From: Minisyncoccota bacterium
GTDB taxonomy: Bacteria > Patescibacteriota > Minisyncoccia > UBA6257 > 2-01-FULL-56-20
Length of the DNA stretch: 64,000 bases
Assembly (NCBI GenBank): GCA_035509435.1
Contig: DATJLR010000002.1
Span: forward strand, 133,774-197,773
Direction: 5' to 3'
Below the pieces are notes generated by a model. That model was not told the origin of the DNA. It worked only from the letters and a program-made list of their open reading frames with translations, and searched no databases. Below, one piece after another: positions 28,345-36,306 of this stretch. The first letter of the stretch is position 1. Each line of letters begins with the position of its first letter. The position numbers and the translations under genes are program-made.

Positions 28345-28415
28345 TGGACCCACGGGGAATCGAACCCCGACCTCCTCCATGCCATGGAGGCGTAATACCA
28401 TTTTACTATGGGCCC
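28345..28415 (-). tRNA. tRNA-Ala (anticodon GGC)
   Basis: Acceptor GGGCCCA/TGGGTCC with G3:U70, A73, anticodon loop ATGGCAT, T loop TTCGATT. Confidence 0.85.
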
Positions 28416-28502
28416 TTTATATTTGCAGATTTTCAGAACGGCCTTGCCACTCATTCTATATATATTGCGACCGATGCGTCAATCGTCTATAGTGTCTTCA
28501 AC

Positions 28503-28574
28503 GCCCTCGTAGTTCAACGGATAGAACCGACCCGTCCTAAGGGTAAGATCGAAGTTCAATTCTTCGCGAGGGCA
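28503..28574 (+). tRNA. tRNA-Arg (anticodon CCT)
   Basis: Acceptor GCCCTCG/CGAGGGC, D arm GTTC-AACGGATA-GAAC, anticodon loop GTCCTAA (27:43 mismatch), T loop TTCAATT. Confidence 0.7.
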
Positions 28575-28581
28575 CAACCAA

Positions 28582-28617
28582 AGGCGGATTTATCCACCGC
28601 CGGACTTTTCTTTTTTT
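28582..28617 (+). terminator. rho-independent terminator after tRNA-Arg
   Basis: GGCGG-ATTTATCCA-CCGCC hairpin followed by a T-rich run (CTTTTCTTTTTTT). Confidence 0.6.
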
Positions 28618-28619
28618 AT

Positions 28620-28961
28620 GGGAGTGCTATGGTAATGGGAGTTGCTTCCAAGTTTCAAACCAGGGATTTGGAGGCACATCTCAGACCCAAAAGGAAACGA
28701 TATATGCCCGTTGTCACGGTTCGCAGTGACTTGCAGCCCACAGGAGTATTTGTCCCTGGGCTGAACCCACCCAAACTAAACAGCGTATGCGTCAGCCCTG
28801 ACGTTGCCAATACGCTGGTGCCCCGCTTCATCGCTTCCCGTCGCGGAGGCCTGAAGCTTTCGAAGCCCGACTTTGCGAAACTCAAAGGCCATGCACTCGG
28901 AGAGAACGGCCAGCCCGGCTGTCTCTGCTGCCGAACGGCTCTCAATTGGGGTCTTTTCTAA
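28620..28961 (+). other. unassigned 340-bp element inside the tRNA cluster: candidate structured ncRNA or small basic ORF (28629..28961, 110 aa)
   Basis: GC-rich, several local hairpins; the ORF has a GGGAG SD at 4-nt spacing but atypical codon usage (gta, aga, agg, cga, cta). Confidence 0.25.
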
Positions 28962-29086
28962 CCCCGCTTTTCCCAGATCTGATTTTTCCCCAAGTACGCG
29001 GCGCTGCTCCTTCCCCAAGGAAGCAGCGCCTTTTTTATTTCCTGACCCTTGAAAAGGGTCCGCGTTTCTGTAACTATAGAGCGAAG

Positions 29087-29173
29087 GGAGAGGTGGCTGA
29101 GTGGTCGAAGGCGCCGCACTCGAAATGCGGTGTGCTCGAAAGGGCACCGTGGGTTCGAATCCCACCCTCTCCG
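29087..29173 (+). tRNA. tRNA-Ser (anticodon CGA)
   Basis: Acceptor GGAGAGG/CCTCTCC, anticodon stem-loop CCGCA-CTCGAAA-TGCGG, long variable arm, T loop GTTCGAATC. Confidence 0.85.
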
Positions 29174-29263
29174 CACCGGTGCGGATCACACGAATATGTT
29201 GCGCGATTGCCGTTTTTTCGCTATATTTTCTTGGAGCAGCGCGCCGCCGGCGCGCGTGACGGC

Positions 29264-29336
29264 GCCACCTTAGCTCAGTTGGTAGAGCAGTGCTTTCGTA
29301 AAGCAAAGGTCCCCGGTTCGAATCCGGGAGGTGGCT
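29264..29336 (+). tRNA. tRNA-Thr (anticodon CGT)
   Basis: Acceptor GCCACCT/AGGTGGC, discriminator U, anticodon loop TTCGTAA, T loop TTCGAAT. Confidence 0.8.
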
Positions 29337-29362
29337 CAAAAGTGATATAATAAGAACAATCT

Positions 29363-29572
29363 ATGAACCCCGAGAAAATTGACGGTCGGAACGGGTCGGA
29401 GGTCCCTCTGCAAATGGATTTCGACTTTGACGAAGCGGCAGTGAAGGCCAGGGCAAAAGAACTGCGGGATAAGCATGGTTGGACGGAACCCTACGCAATG
29501 AGCGTTGCGAAACGGGAATTTGAACGAACCGCACGCGAGGAACGATCCGGCGGAAAAGAAAAAGTTGATTAA
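29363..29572 (+). CDS. hypothetical small protein (69 aa)
   Basis: ORF immediately after the tRNA cluster; no SD; TATAAT-like box just upstream. Confidence 0.3.
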   Translation: MNPEKIDGRNGSEVPLQMDFDFDEAAVKARAKELRDKHGWTEPYAMSVAKREFERTAREERSGGKEKVD

Positions 29573-29578
29573 TTTTTT

Positions 29579-30641
29579 ATGGACCAGAACGAATCACTGA
29601 AGGAGCTTTCGGAGGAAGCCCGCCGGCTTGGCGGGCGGCTTTGACCTCGACGCGAAACGCAAACGGATCGCGGAACTCACGGCGGAAATGTCATCGGCGG
29701 ATTTTTGGTCTGACCGCGCGAACGCGGACGCGAAGATCCGCGAGCTCGGCGAACTGAACGACGTCGTTTCAAAGTATGAGGACATCATCGCCGGCGTCGA
29801 CGTGCTCGAAGCGGGGTTCGACGAAAATATGTTCCACGACGTCAAGCGCAAATTCCGCGATTTCGAACTGACACAGCTTTTCACCGGCCGGTACGACAAG
29901 CAGGCGGCCGTGCTCGCGATCTATCCCGGAGCGGGCGGCGACGACGCCGAGGACTGGGCGCGGATGCTTAGCGAAATGTACGAGGGCTACGCGAAGCTCC
30001 GCGGATGGAAGGTGCGCGTGGTGGACGACAATCCGCGCTCGCGCACGCTCGAAGTGAGCGGCCCCTACGCGTACGGCTATTTAAAGAACGAGCAGGGCGT
30101 GCACCGGCTTGTGCGGATATCGCCGTTCAACGCAAAACATTCGCGCGAAACATCCTTTGCGCTCGTGGAAGTGATGCCCGATCTGCCCGCGCTCGACGAA
30201 TCAAAGCTGCAGATCCCGGAGAGCGACCTCAAGTTCGAGTTTTCCCGCGCCGGCGGTCCCGGCGGACAGAACGTCAACAAGGTGGAGACGGCGGTGCGCG
30301 TGGTGCACCTGCCGACCGGCGTCGCGATCAGCTCGCGCGCCCAGCGCAGCCAGCAGCAGAACCGCGAGGCGGCGCTCAAGATCCTCAAGGCAAAACTTTT
30401 CCAGCTGATGGAGCAGGAGAAGGTGGAAGAGGTCGGCGCCCTCCGCACAAAAGTGAAGCCGGAGTGGGGGAGCCAGATCCGTTCGTACGTGCTGAACCCG
30501 TATCAGATGGTGAAAGACCACCGCACCGACGCCGAAACGGCGCGTGTGGATGAAGCATTGGCGGGAAACATTGATATGTTTATAGAGGCGATGCTGGAGC
30601 GGAAGGCGAATGACGACTCGGTGCCGAAACTTGACAAATAG
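29579..30641 (+). CDS. prfB: peptide chain release factor 2 with programmed +1 ribosomal frameshift
   Basis: Frame 0 ATG 29579 ([21 protein letters not shown]) ends at in-frame TGA 29642-29644 within CTT TGA C; the +1 frame continues ([12 protein letters not shown]...) to 30641 with SPF and GGQ motifs. Confidence 0.9.
29630..29648 (+). promoter_or_regulatory. RF2 autoregulatory frameshift site (internal SD-like GGCGGG, CTT TGA C)
   Basis: GGCGGGCGG CTT TGA CCT; canonical slippery CUU plus UGA with a C in the +1 context. Confidence 0.85.
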
Positions 30642-30696
30642 GCAATTATATTGTTATAATACCACTGCACCTTCAAAACCAGTGAAATTACTTGGT

Positions 30697-30749
30697 AGTT
30701 ACAGCCTTTAGCGCATATCCGATTGATATTCGTTAAAAGCTGTAACTAC
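30697..30749 (+). promoter_or_regulatory. 11-bp inverted repeat (GTAGTTACAGC / GCTGTAACTAC) in the 5' leader of the DGR target gene
   Basis: Perfect arms at 30697-30707 and 30739-30749 with a 31-nt spacer, 20 bp upstream of the SD and ATG at 30769; TATAAT at about 30653. Confidence 0.5.
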
Positions 30750-30768
30750 ATTTCAAGGGAGAATCGTC

Positions 30769-31359
30769 ATGGCACAGCGTGTCGCAGGCGAAATCTACGA
30801 ATCAGTGACCGGTCAGCTTTTTGAGATCGGCCGTCAGCTTCGGCAACCGAACGGATATCCGTTCGATGCACAGAAGCTCCAACGCGCACTTCAAAACGCC
30901 ATCGAGGGAAAGTTTGATGTCACGTCGGTGGTCCAGCAGTATCTCGTCACCGTGAACTACGACCTTTCGGTTAAGGACGCGATCGCGGCGGGACGCTACG
31001 ACTGGAAGAACGATGACATCACCGCCAAGAACTTCCCGTCGAAGCGTAAGGGAACCGCCGATCTGGAAATCATCCTCGTCAAATTTGACGATGCGATGAG
31101 TTCCGAGGGTATCCTCCGCGAGCTCGACAAGCAGGGACTGCGCGCGGCCGAGTTGCCGGAACTGCTTGCCTTCGGGGAGAAATACCCCGATGTGCAGCGC
31201 GAGTTCCCGGTGGTCGCACTTGGTTCCGTGTGGCGGGGCTCGGTCGGCAACCGTGGCGTGCCGTACCTCCGCGGGTACGCTGGCAAGCGCTACCTGCTCC
31301 TGGACTGGTTCGGCCTCGGGTGGGGCTCGCTCTGCCGGTTCGCCGCAGTCCGCAAGTAA
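30769..31359 (+). CDS. DGR target (variable) protein with C-terminal VR, C-type-lectin-like fold expected
   Basis: 196 aa; the last 45 codons are the VR and end in the invariant CRFAAVRK; AGGGAGAA SD. Confidence 0.8.
   Translation: MAQRVAGEIYESVTGQLFEIGRQLRQPNGYPFDAQKLQRALQNAIEGKFDVTSVVQQYLVTVNYDLSVKDAIAAGRYDWKNDDITAKNFPSKRKGTADLEIILVKFDDAMSSEGILRELDKQGLRAAELPELLAFGEKYPDVQREFPVVALGSVWRGSVGNRGVPYLRGYAGKRYLLLDWFGLGWGSLCRFAAVRK
31221..31355 (+). repeat. DGR variable repeat (VR)
   Basis: 135 bp; 112/135 identical to the TR, and all 23 mismatches lie at TR adenines; 3' 34 bp identical and GC-rich (IMH-like). Confidence 0.85.
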
Positions 31360-31404
31360 TTTTATACCTTAGGCACTGGGTCACTCATTTTTTCTGATCC
31401 TTTG

Positions 31405-31436
31405 TCCCTTCGGCCCCTGCACGAGATTTGGATCTT
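31405..31436 (+). other. GC-rich hairpin downstream of VR (CCCCTGCA..16 nt..TGCAGGGG)
   Basis: 8-bp stem 46 bp after the target stop codon; candidate terminator and/or DGR homing-associated structure. Confidence 0.5.
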
Positions 31437-31709
31437 TTGCAGGGGCTTTCCATTTTCAGCCGGTATGATATTTTGAATTTGGATAGTAGGCTCAAAACAA
31501 GTTGCAGGCTACGGTTCGCAACGGCCGAATTCCGGGATGACTGAATGGAGAATGGTTGCGGGTACGCTTTCGGCCAGAGTTGTTCTCTCATCCCCCAAAA
31601 ATAAAGATACTTGGTGCAAGATATTAGAGGATTAGAATTCCGAGATCCCGAATACGATTCAGTCCCGAGAGTATTCAAGGGGCAGTGGCGCAGGCGATAT
31701 CTTGTACGC

Positions 31710-31844
31710 TGGTTCCGTGTGGCAGAACTCGGACGGCAACCGTAACGTGCCGTACCTCAACAGGAACGCTGACAAGCGCAACCTGAACCTGAACTGGTTC
31801 GACAACAGGTGGAACTCGAACTGCCGGTTCGCCGCAGTCCGCAA
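31710..31844 (+). repeat. DGR template repeat (TR)
   Basis: Direct repeat of the VR; in the VR reading frame it carries 13 AAC codons plus GAC/AGG/CAG codons at every variable position. Confidence 0.85.
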
Positions 31845-31866
31845 CTCTCTTTGTTTTCACGCCGCC

Positions 31867-32193
31867 CTATGCGGCGTTTTCTTTCATCAATTGCCTGTTC
31901 CAGCCGCCGAGCATTTTGCCGATCTCGTTCAACTTTTCCGAGAGATAAATGTATTTCTTCTCGTCCAACCCCTTGATCTCCCAGAGTATTTGTAAAAAGA
32001 ATTTTGCGAGATCGAGCTTGGCTGTTGCTTGTTGGATGTAGGGGAGCTTTTGGTGTTTCCCTAAATAGCTTGCTATGAAAATAAGCTCGGCGGTATCTAC
32101 AAATGCGGTATCGATTTTTGTCCCTAATGTATAGCGCGCGTCTTTCGGTACGTGCGTCAGGAACTCATGCCAGGTTTTGTATGCCGCCACCAA
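31867..32193 (-). CDS. avd: Avd-like accessory variability determinant (four-helix-bundle protein)
   Basis: 108 aa; VPKDARYTLG ... LSEKLNEIGKMLGGW matches the bAvd/four-helix-bundle family pattern (IP.KHG ... EVGRILGSW); encoded on the strand opposite to TR and RT. Confidence 0.65.
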   Translation of the reverse strand: MVAAYKTWHEFLTHVPKDARYTLGTKIDTAFVDTAELIFIASYLGKHQKLPYIQQATAKLDLAKFFLQILWEIKGLDEKKYIYLSEKLNEIGKMLGGWNRQLMKENAA

Positions 32194-32222
32194 GTGTTGG
32201 ATAATGGGAAGTGTAAGGTGTC

Positions 32223-32232
32223 GGGGGGGGGG
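32223..32232. repeat. G10 homopolymer in the avd-RT divergent intergenic region
   Basis: gtcGGGGGGGGGGtta, 25 bp upstream of the RT ATG. Confidence 0.8.
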
Positions 32233-32256
32233 TTAAAGGTGAATTCATAATATAGT

Positions 32257-33213
32257 ATGTTTGAAGAAATTATCAGTGCTGAAAATTTGTTGGCCGCGTG
32301 GGAGGAATTTATTACGGGCAAACGCGCAAAGCGCGATGTGCAGGAATTCCAGCTGCACCTTATGGATAACATTCTAGCGCTTCGCGACGATTTGCGGAAT
32401 GGCGCCTATCGCCACGGCGAATATCAGGCATTCAACATCTCCGACCCCAAACCGCGGAATATCCATAAAGCGACCGTGCGCGACCGCCTGCTCCATCATG
32501 CGATCTACCGCGTGCTCTATCCGTTCTTTGACCGCACGTTCATCGCGGATTCGTTCTCGTGCCGCGTCGGGAAGGGAACCCATGCGGCGATGGACCGGTT
32601 CCGGGCGTTCGGTTATGTCGCAAGCAGGAACAACACGCGCACGTGTTGGGCGCTCAAATGCGACATCAGGAAATTTTTCGCGAATATTGATCATGAAGTA
32701 TTGCTGAAAATCTTCGCGCGGCGGATCGGCGATGAACAACTGCTTTCGTTGTTGCGCGAGATCGTCGAGAGCTTTTCCTCTGTGCGCCCTGGCGTCGGCT
32801 TGCCGCTTGGCAATCTTACTTCACAGTTATTCGTGAACGTCTATATGAACGAGTTTGACCAATTTGCCAAACACGCGCTTCGTGTAAAATATTACATTCG
32901 TTATGCCGATGATTTTGTCATTTTATCTTCCAACCGTGATTGGCTTGGGATCATTTTGCCGGAAATAGATTATTTTTTGCAGGATCGGCTGAAATTGCAG
33001 CTCCATCCCGACAAGGTCTTCATCAAGACGCTTGCCTCCGGCATTGACTTCCTGGGGTGGGTGCATTTTCCTGATCATCGCGTTCTGCGCACCGCCACAA
33101 AGCGCCGAATGTCCAGGCGCGTGAGCAAAGATCCTTCTCTGCCGGTCGTCAATGCTTACAAAGGGATGCTGTCACACGGGAATGCCCATAAGCAAACATT
33201 AAAACTTCCTTAA
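32257..33213 (+). CDS. DGR reverse transcriptase
   Basis: RT motifs: SFSCRVGKGTHAA, ALKCDIRKFFANIDH, LPLGNLTSQLFVNVYMNEFD, IRYADDFVI (YxDD); 318 aa, typical DGR RT size. Confidence 0.9.
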   Translation: MFEEIISAENLLAAWEEFITGKRAKRDVQEFQLHLMDNILALRDDLRNGAYRHGEYQAFNISDPKPRNIHKATVRDRLLHHAIYRVLYPFFDRTFIADSFSCRVGKGTHAAMDRFRAFGYVASRNNTRTCWALKCDIRKFFANIDHEVLLKIFARRIGDEQLLSLLREIVESFSSVRPGVGLPLGNLTSQLFVNVYMNEFDQFAKHALRVKYYIRYADDFVILSSNRDWLGIILPEIDYFLQDRLKLQLHPDKVFIKTLASGIDFLGWVHFPDHRVLRTATKRRMSRRVSKDPSLPVVNAYKGMLSHGNAHKQTLKLP

Positions 33214-33243
33214 AAAGTTTTTGACTTCGTTTTTGCCAAAGCT

Positions 33244-33633
33244 ATGATTGTCGGTATGATAAAAAAGAAAAAGATGACCATAGAAGACCTGGCGGTAAAG
33301 ATCGATGACGTCCAAACGAAGATGGGCGGGTTGGCAACGCATGTCGATGAAAAAATAGACGAGTCCGTTGGTAATTTGGCCATCATGGTCCAGAAAGGAT
33401 TTGCCGAAACGGCAAAACAGGAAGATCTGCTCGCGCTCACCGATCGGGTTAAGTTGATAGAAGAGCGCCTCGATGGGCACGATAAAGAATTCAGAGGCAT
33501 GCATCAGAATTTCGATATGATCTTCCAAGAACTGAAAGCGATCCGCCAAGAAATGAAGGAAGCCGATACCCGCGCCGACGTCGTCGACCTGCAGCTTCGC
33601 GTTGCGAAACTCGAAAAGAAGATCCGTCCATAG
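33244..33633 (+). CDS. small coiled-coil protein (paralog of 54268..54585)
   Basis: 129 aa, charged heptad pattern; shares the N-terminus MI(V/G)(G/V)M and C-terminus L.LRV.KLE with the gene inserted in the atp operon. Confidence 0.5.
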   Translation: MIVGMIKKKKMTIEDLAVKIDDVQTKMGGLATHVDEKIDESVGNLAIMVQKGFAETAKQEDLLALTDRVKLIEERLDGHDKEFRGMHQNFDMIFQELKAIRQEMKEADTRADVVDLQLRVAKLEKKIRP

Positions 33634-33690
33634 CACGCCCATAAAGGCTGCATAATGATTATTTTGTGAGAATGTTGTATCATTAGATAC

Positions 33691-34374
33691 GTGATAGTTT
33701 TTCAGGGAGTTTCAAAACATTATACGGGCCACGGGGTCGCGCTTGAGGATGTTGATTTCCAGATCGATCCGGGAGAATTTGTTTCCCTCGCGGGGCGCTC
33801 GGGCGCCGGCAAGTCCACTATTATAAAATTGCTCATCGGGGAGGAAAAACCCTCCAAGGGGCGCGTCTTTTTCGGCCAATACGAGGTGAACAAGCTGGAG
33901 GATAACGAGCTGCCGGCGTTCCGGCGGCACATTGGCGTCGTATTCCAGGATTTCCGGCTCTTGCCAACCAAGACTGCCTACGAGAACGTGGCGTTCGCGC
34001 TCGAGGTTGCCGGTCGGCCGCAGAGCGAGATCGCGGAACTCGTGCCACAGGTGCTTGACATGGTGGGGCTCGGCGACAAGATGAAGAACTTTCCGAACGA
34101 GCTGTCGGGCGGCGAGCGTCAGCGCGTCGCGATCGCGCGCGCGATGATCCACCGGCCGGAGGTCGTGATCGCCGATGAGCCGACCGGCAACCTCGACCCG
34201 TTCCACACCTTCGAGATCATCAAGCTGCTTGAAAAGATCAATCAGCTGGGCACCACCGTCGTCCTCGCCACCCACGATAAAGAGGTCATTAACAATCTGG
34301 AGAAAAGGGTGATAACATTGGACAAGGGCCGCGTTATCCGCGACGAAAAGAAAGGAAAATATATACTGGTATAA
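33691..34374 (+). CDS. ftsE: cell division ATP-binding protein FtsE
   Basis: Walker A GRSGAGKST, ABC signature LSGGERQR, Walker B VVIADEPT; GTG start. Confidence 0.9.
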   Translation: MIVFQGVSKHYTGHGVALEDVDFQIDPGEFVSLAGRSGAGKSTIIKLLIGEEKPSKGRVFFGQYEVNKLEDNELPAFRRHIGVVFQDFRLLPTKTAYENVAFALEVAGRPQSEIAELVPQVLDMVGLGDKMKNFPNELSGGERQRVAIARAMIHRPEVVIADEPTGNLDPFHTFEIIKLLEKINQLGTTVVLATHDKEVINNLEKRVITLDKGRVIRDEKKGKYILV

Positions 34375-35283
34375 ATGTTCACCATTATCTCACGCATATT
34401 CCATTTTGGATTTAAGAACTTCTGGCGCAACGGATGGCTGTCAACGGCAACGGTCGCGATCATGACGCTCGCGTCCATCGGGTTTTTGGGGCTCATCATT
34501 TTCGGCGTCGTCACGCGCTCCGCGGCCGCGTCCATCCAGGACAAGATCGACATCAGCGTCTATTTCAATACCAATACTTCGGAAGACGAGATCTTGAACA
34601 TCCAGCAGTCGCTCGAAGGGCTCTCCCAGGTGGCAAGCGTCGATTATGTTTCGCAGGACCAGGCGCTCGCGGCGTTCCAGCAGACGCACGCGAACGACCC
34701 GACCGTCAGCCAGGCCATCAACGAGCTCGATACGAACCCGCTCGAGGCGTCGCTCAACATCAAGGCGAAGGATCCGAGCCAGTACGGCGCCATCAACGAT
34801 TACTTAAGCTCGCCGGACCTCGCGCCGTACATCGACACGATCAGCTATTCGCAGAACCAGGATGTCATCAATCGCCTCGCGACGATCGTCCGCGACGTCT
34901 CGATCGGCGGATGGATCGTGACGATCCTGCTCGCGCTCGTCGCGGGCCTCGTCGTGTTCAATACGATCCGGCTCGCCATCTATTCCAATCGCGAGGAGAT
35001 CGGCGTGATGCGCGTGGTGGGCGCGTCGAACAGCCTGGTGCGCGGGCCGTTCGTGGTGGAGGGGATGCTCTGGGGCCTGATCGCCGCCGTCATCAGTTTG
35101 ATCGTTGTGGCGCCCGCGCTCTACTTTACGTCGCCATACCTCAACGAGTTCATTCCGGGTCTCAACATCTTCCACTATTTCTACACGCATATCATCCAGC
35201 TGTTCCTCTATGAACTTCTGTTCGGCGTGGTCATCGGGGCCCTCTCCAGCTTTTGGGCAGTGCGTCGTTATCTGAAGAACTAG
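34375..35283 (+). CDS. ftsX: cell division permease FtsX
   Basis: Follows ftsE; 4-TM FtsX topology with a periplasmic loop. Confidence 0.85.
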   Translation: MFTIISRIFHFGFKNFWRNGWLSTATVAIMTLASIGFLGLIIFGVVTRSAAASIQDKIDISVYFNTNTSEDEILNIQQSLEGLSQVASVDYVSQDQALAAFQQTHANDPTVSQAINELDTNPLEASLNIKAKDPSQYGAINDYLSSPDLAPYIDTISYSQNQDVINRLATIVRDVSIGGWIVTILLALVAGLVVFNTIRLAIYSNREEIGVMRVVGASNSLVRGPFVVEGMLWGLIAAVISLIVVAPALYFTSPYLNEFIPGLNIFHYFYTHIIQLFLYELLFGVVIGALSSFWAVRRYLKN

Positions 35284-35285
35284 CT

Positions 35286-36257
35286 TTGAACGGGATCGAT
35301 CCACAAGCGCCGCCGCCGCCTTCCGTGCCTCCGCCCTCGCCGCACGATCACGACGTGAAAGTCGCATCGCGCCGCCGCACGGCAAGGCGCCGGCTTATCC
35401 TCATCGCGATCATCGTCATCGTGCTCGCCGGCGGCGCGTGGTATTTTGAAAAATCCCTTTCGCTGCCGCTCCAAAACCTTGCCGCGTTCGGGAATTCGCT
35501 CGAATCGTCGGTAACGCAGCAGTTCGGCCAGAATTTTTCAGCGCCGACATCGACGGTCGAGCAGAACGTAAAAACGGCGCCAAAGAAAGCGAACGCGCTC
35601 GACGCGACGGGGGTGATCGCCGAGACGAACGCCGCGCGCGCCGCGAACGGCGGGCTGCCCCCGCTCGCCGAGGACGCCACGCTTGATGACATTGCGACGC
35701 TGCGCCTTGACGACCTGTTCGCGCAGCAATACTTCGCCCACGTCGGCCCGCAGGGCGAGAGCGCCATCACGGTCGCCTCGAGCGTCGGGTATGCCTCCAT
35801 CGCGCTCGGCGAGAACCTCGCGCTTGGCACCTATGCCGGTGACGCTGGCGTCGTTGCGGCGTGGATGGCGAGCCCGGGTCATCGCGCGAACATTCTCGAC
35901 ACGCACTACACGCAGATCGGCGTCGCCGTGCGCGAGGGCGAGTATGACGGCGCGGAGACGTGGATCGCGGTCCAGGTCTTCGGCCGCCCCGCCTCAGCAT
36001 GCCCGTCGCCGGACGCCAATCTCAAGACAAGCATCGACCTTTCCGAGAGCCAGCTTTCCACGATGTCGTCGGAGCTCCAATCCGAAAAAGCGTCCATTGA
36101 CGCGATGTCCCCGCCGTCCGGCCCGGCGTACAACGCGCAGGTGGAGGATTACAACAACCTTGTGGCGCAGTACAACAACCTTGCGGCCGGGACCAAAAAT
36201 GCCATTACGGAGTACGACGCGGAGGTGGACACCTTCAATGCGTGCCTGGCGGATTGA
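35286..36257 (+). CDS. membrane-anchored CAP/SCP/PR1-like domain protein
   Basis: CAP motifs AWMASPGHRANIL and HYTQIGVAV. No ATG lies before the TM segment, so a TTG start at 35286 (or 35253) or GTG at 35325 is implied. Confidence 0.6.
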   Translation: MNGIDPQAPPPPSVPPPSPHDHDVKVASRRRTARRRLILIAIIVIVLAGGAWYFEKSLSLPLQNLAAFGNSLESSVTQQFGQNFSAPTSTVEQNVKTAPKKANALDATGVIAETNAARAANGGLPPLAEDATLDDIATLRLDDLFAQQYFAHVGPQGESAITVASSVGYASIALGENLALGTYAGDAGVVAAWMASPGHRANILDTHYTQIGVAVREGEYDGAETWIAVQVFGRPASACPSPDANLKTSIDLSESQLSTMSSELQSEKASIDAMSPPSGPAYNAQVEDYNNLVAQYNNLAAGTKNAITEYDAEVDTFNACLAD

Positions 36258-36306
36258 GGCATTTGCTATACTTTAAGTGGAGGATCATACCTCCTCAGAT
36301 CTTCCA

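Noticed and set aside
28620-28960. RNase P RNA, SRP RNA and tmRNA hypotheses
   Set aside because: Only a partial P4-like match on the minus strand; the other universal blocks (GGUAACGCC, AGGGCAGG, ACAGAACCCGGCUUA), the SRP domain IV GGAA motif and tmRNA T-arm/acceptor elements were not found. Kept only as an unassigned candidate.
28245-28961. 238-aa plus-strand ORF (also 28776..29339 minus, 28946..29350 plus)
   Set aside because: These read straight through tRNA-Ala, tRNA-Arg, tRNA-Ser and tRNA-Thr genes; only the 28629..28961 portion is kept as a low-confidence alternative.
31385-31995. ORFs 31385..31678 (-), 31659..31860 (-), 31702..31995 (+)
   Set aside because: They lie in the VR-TR spacer or are simply the TR read in the VR frame with run-on; the TR is a non-coding template.
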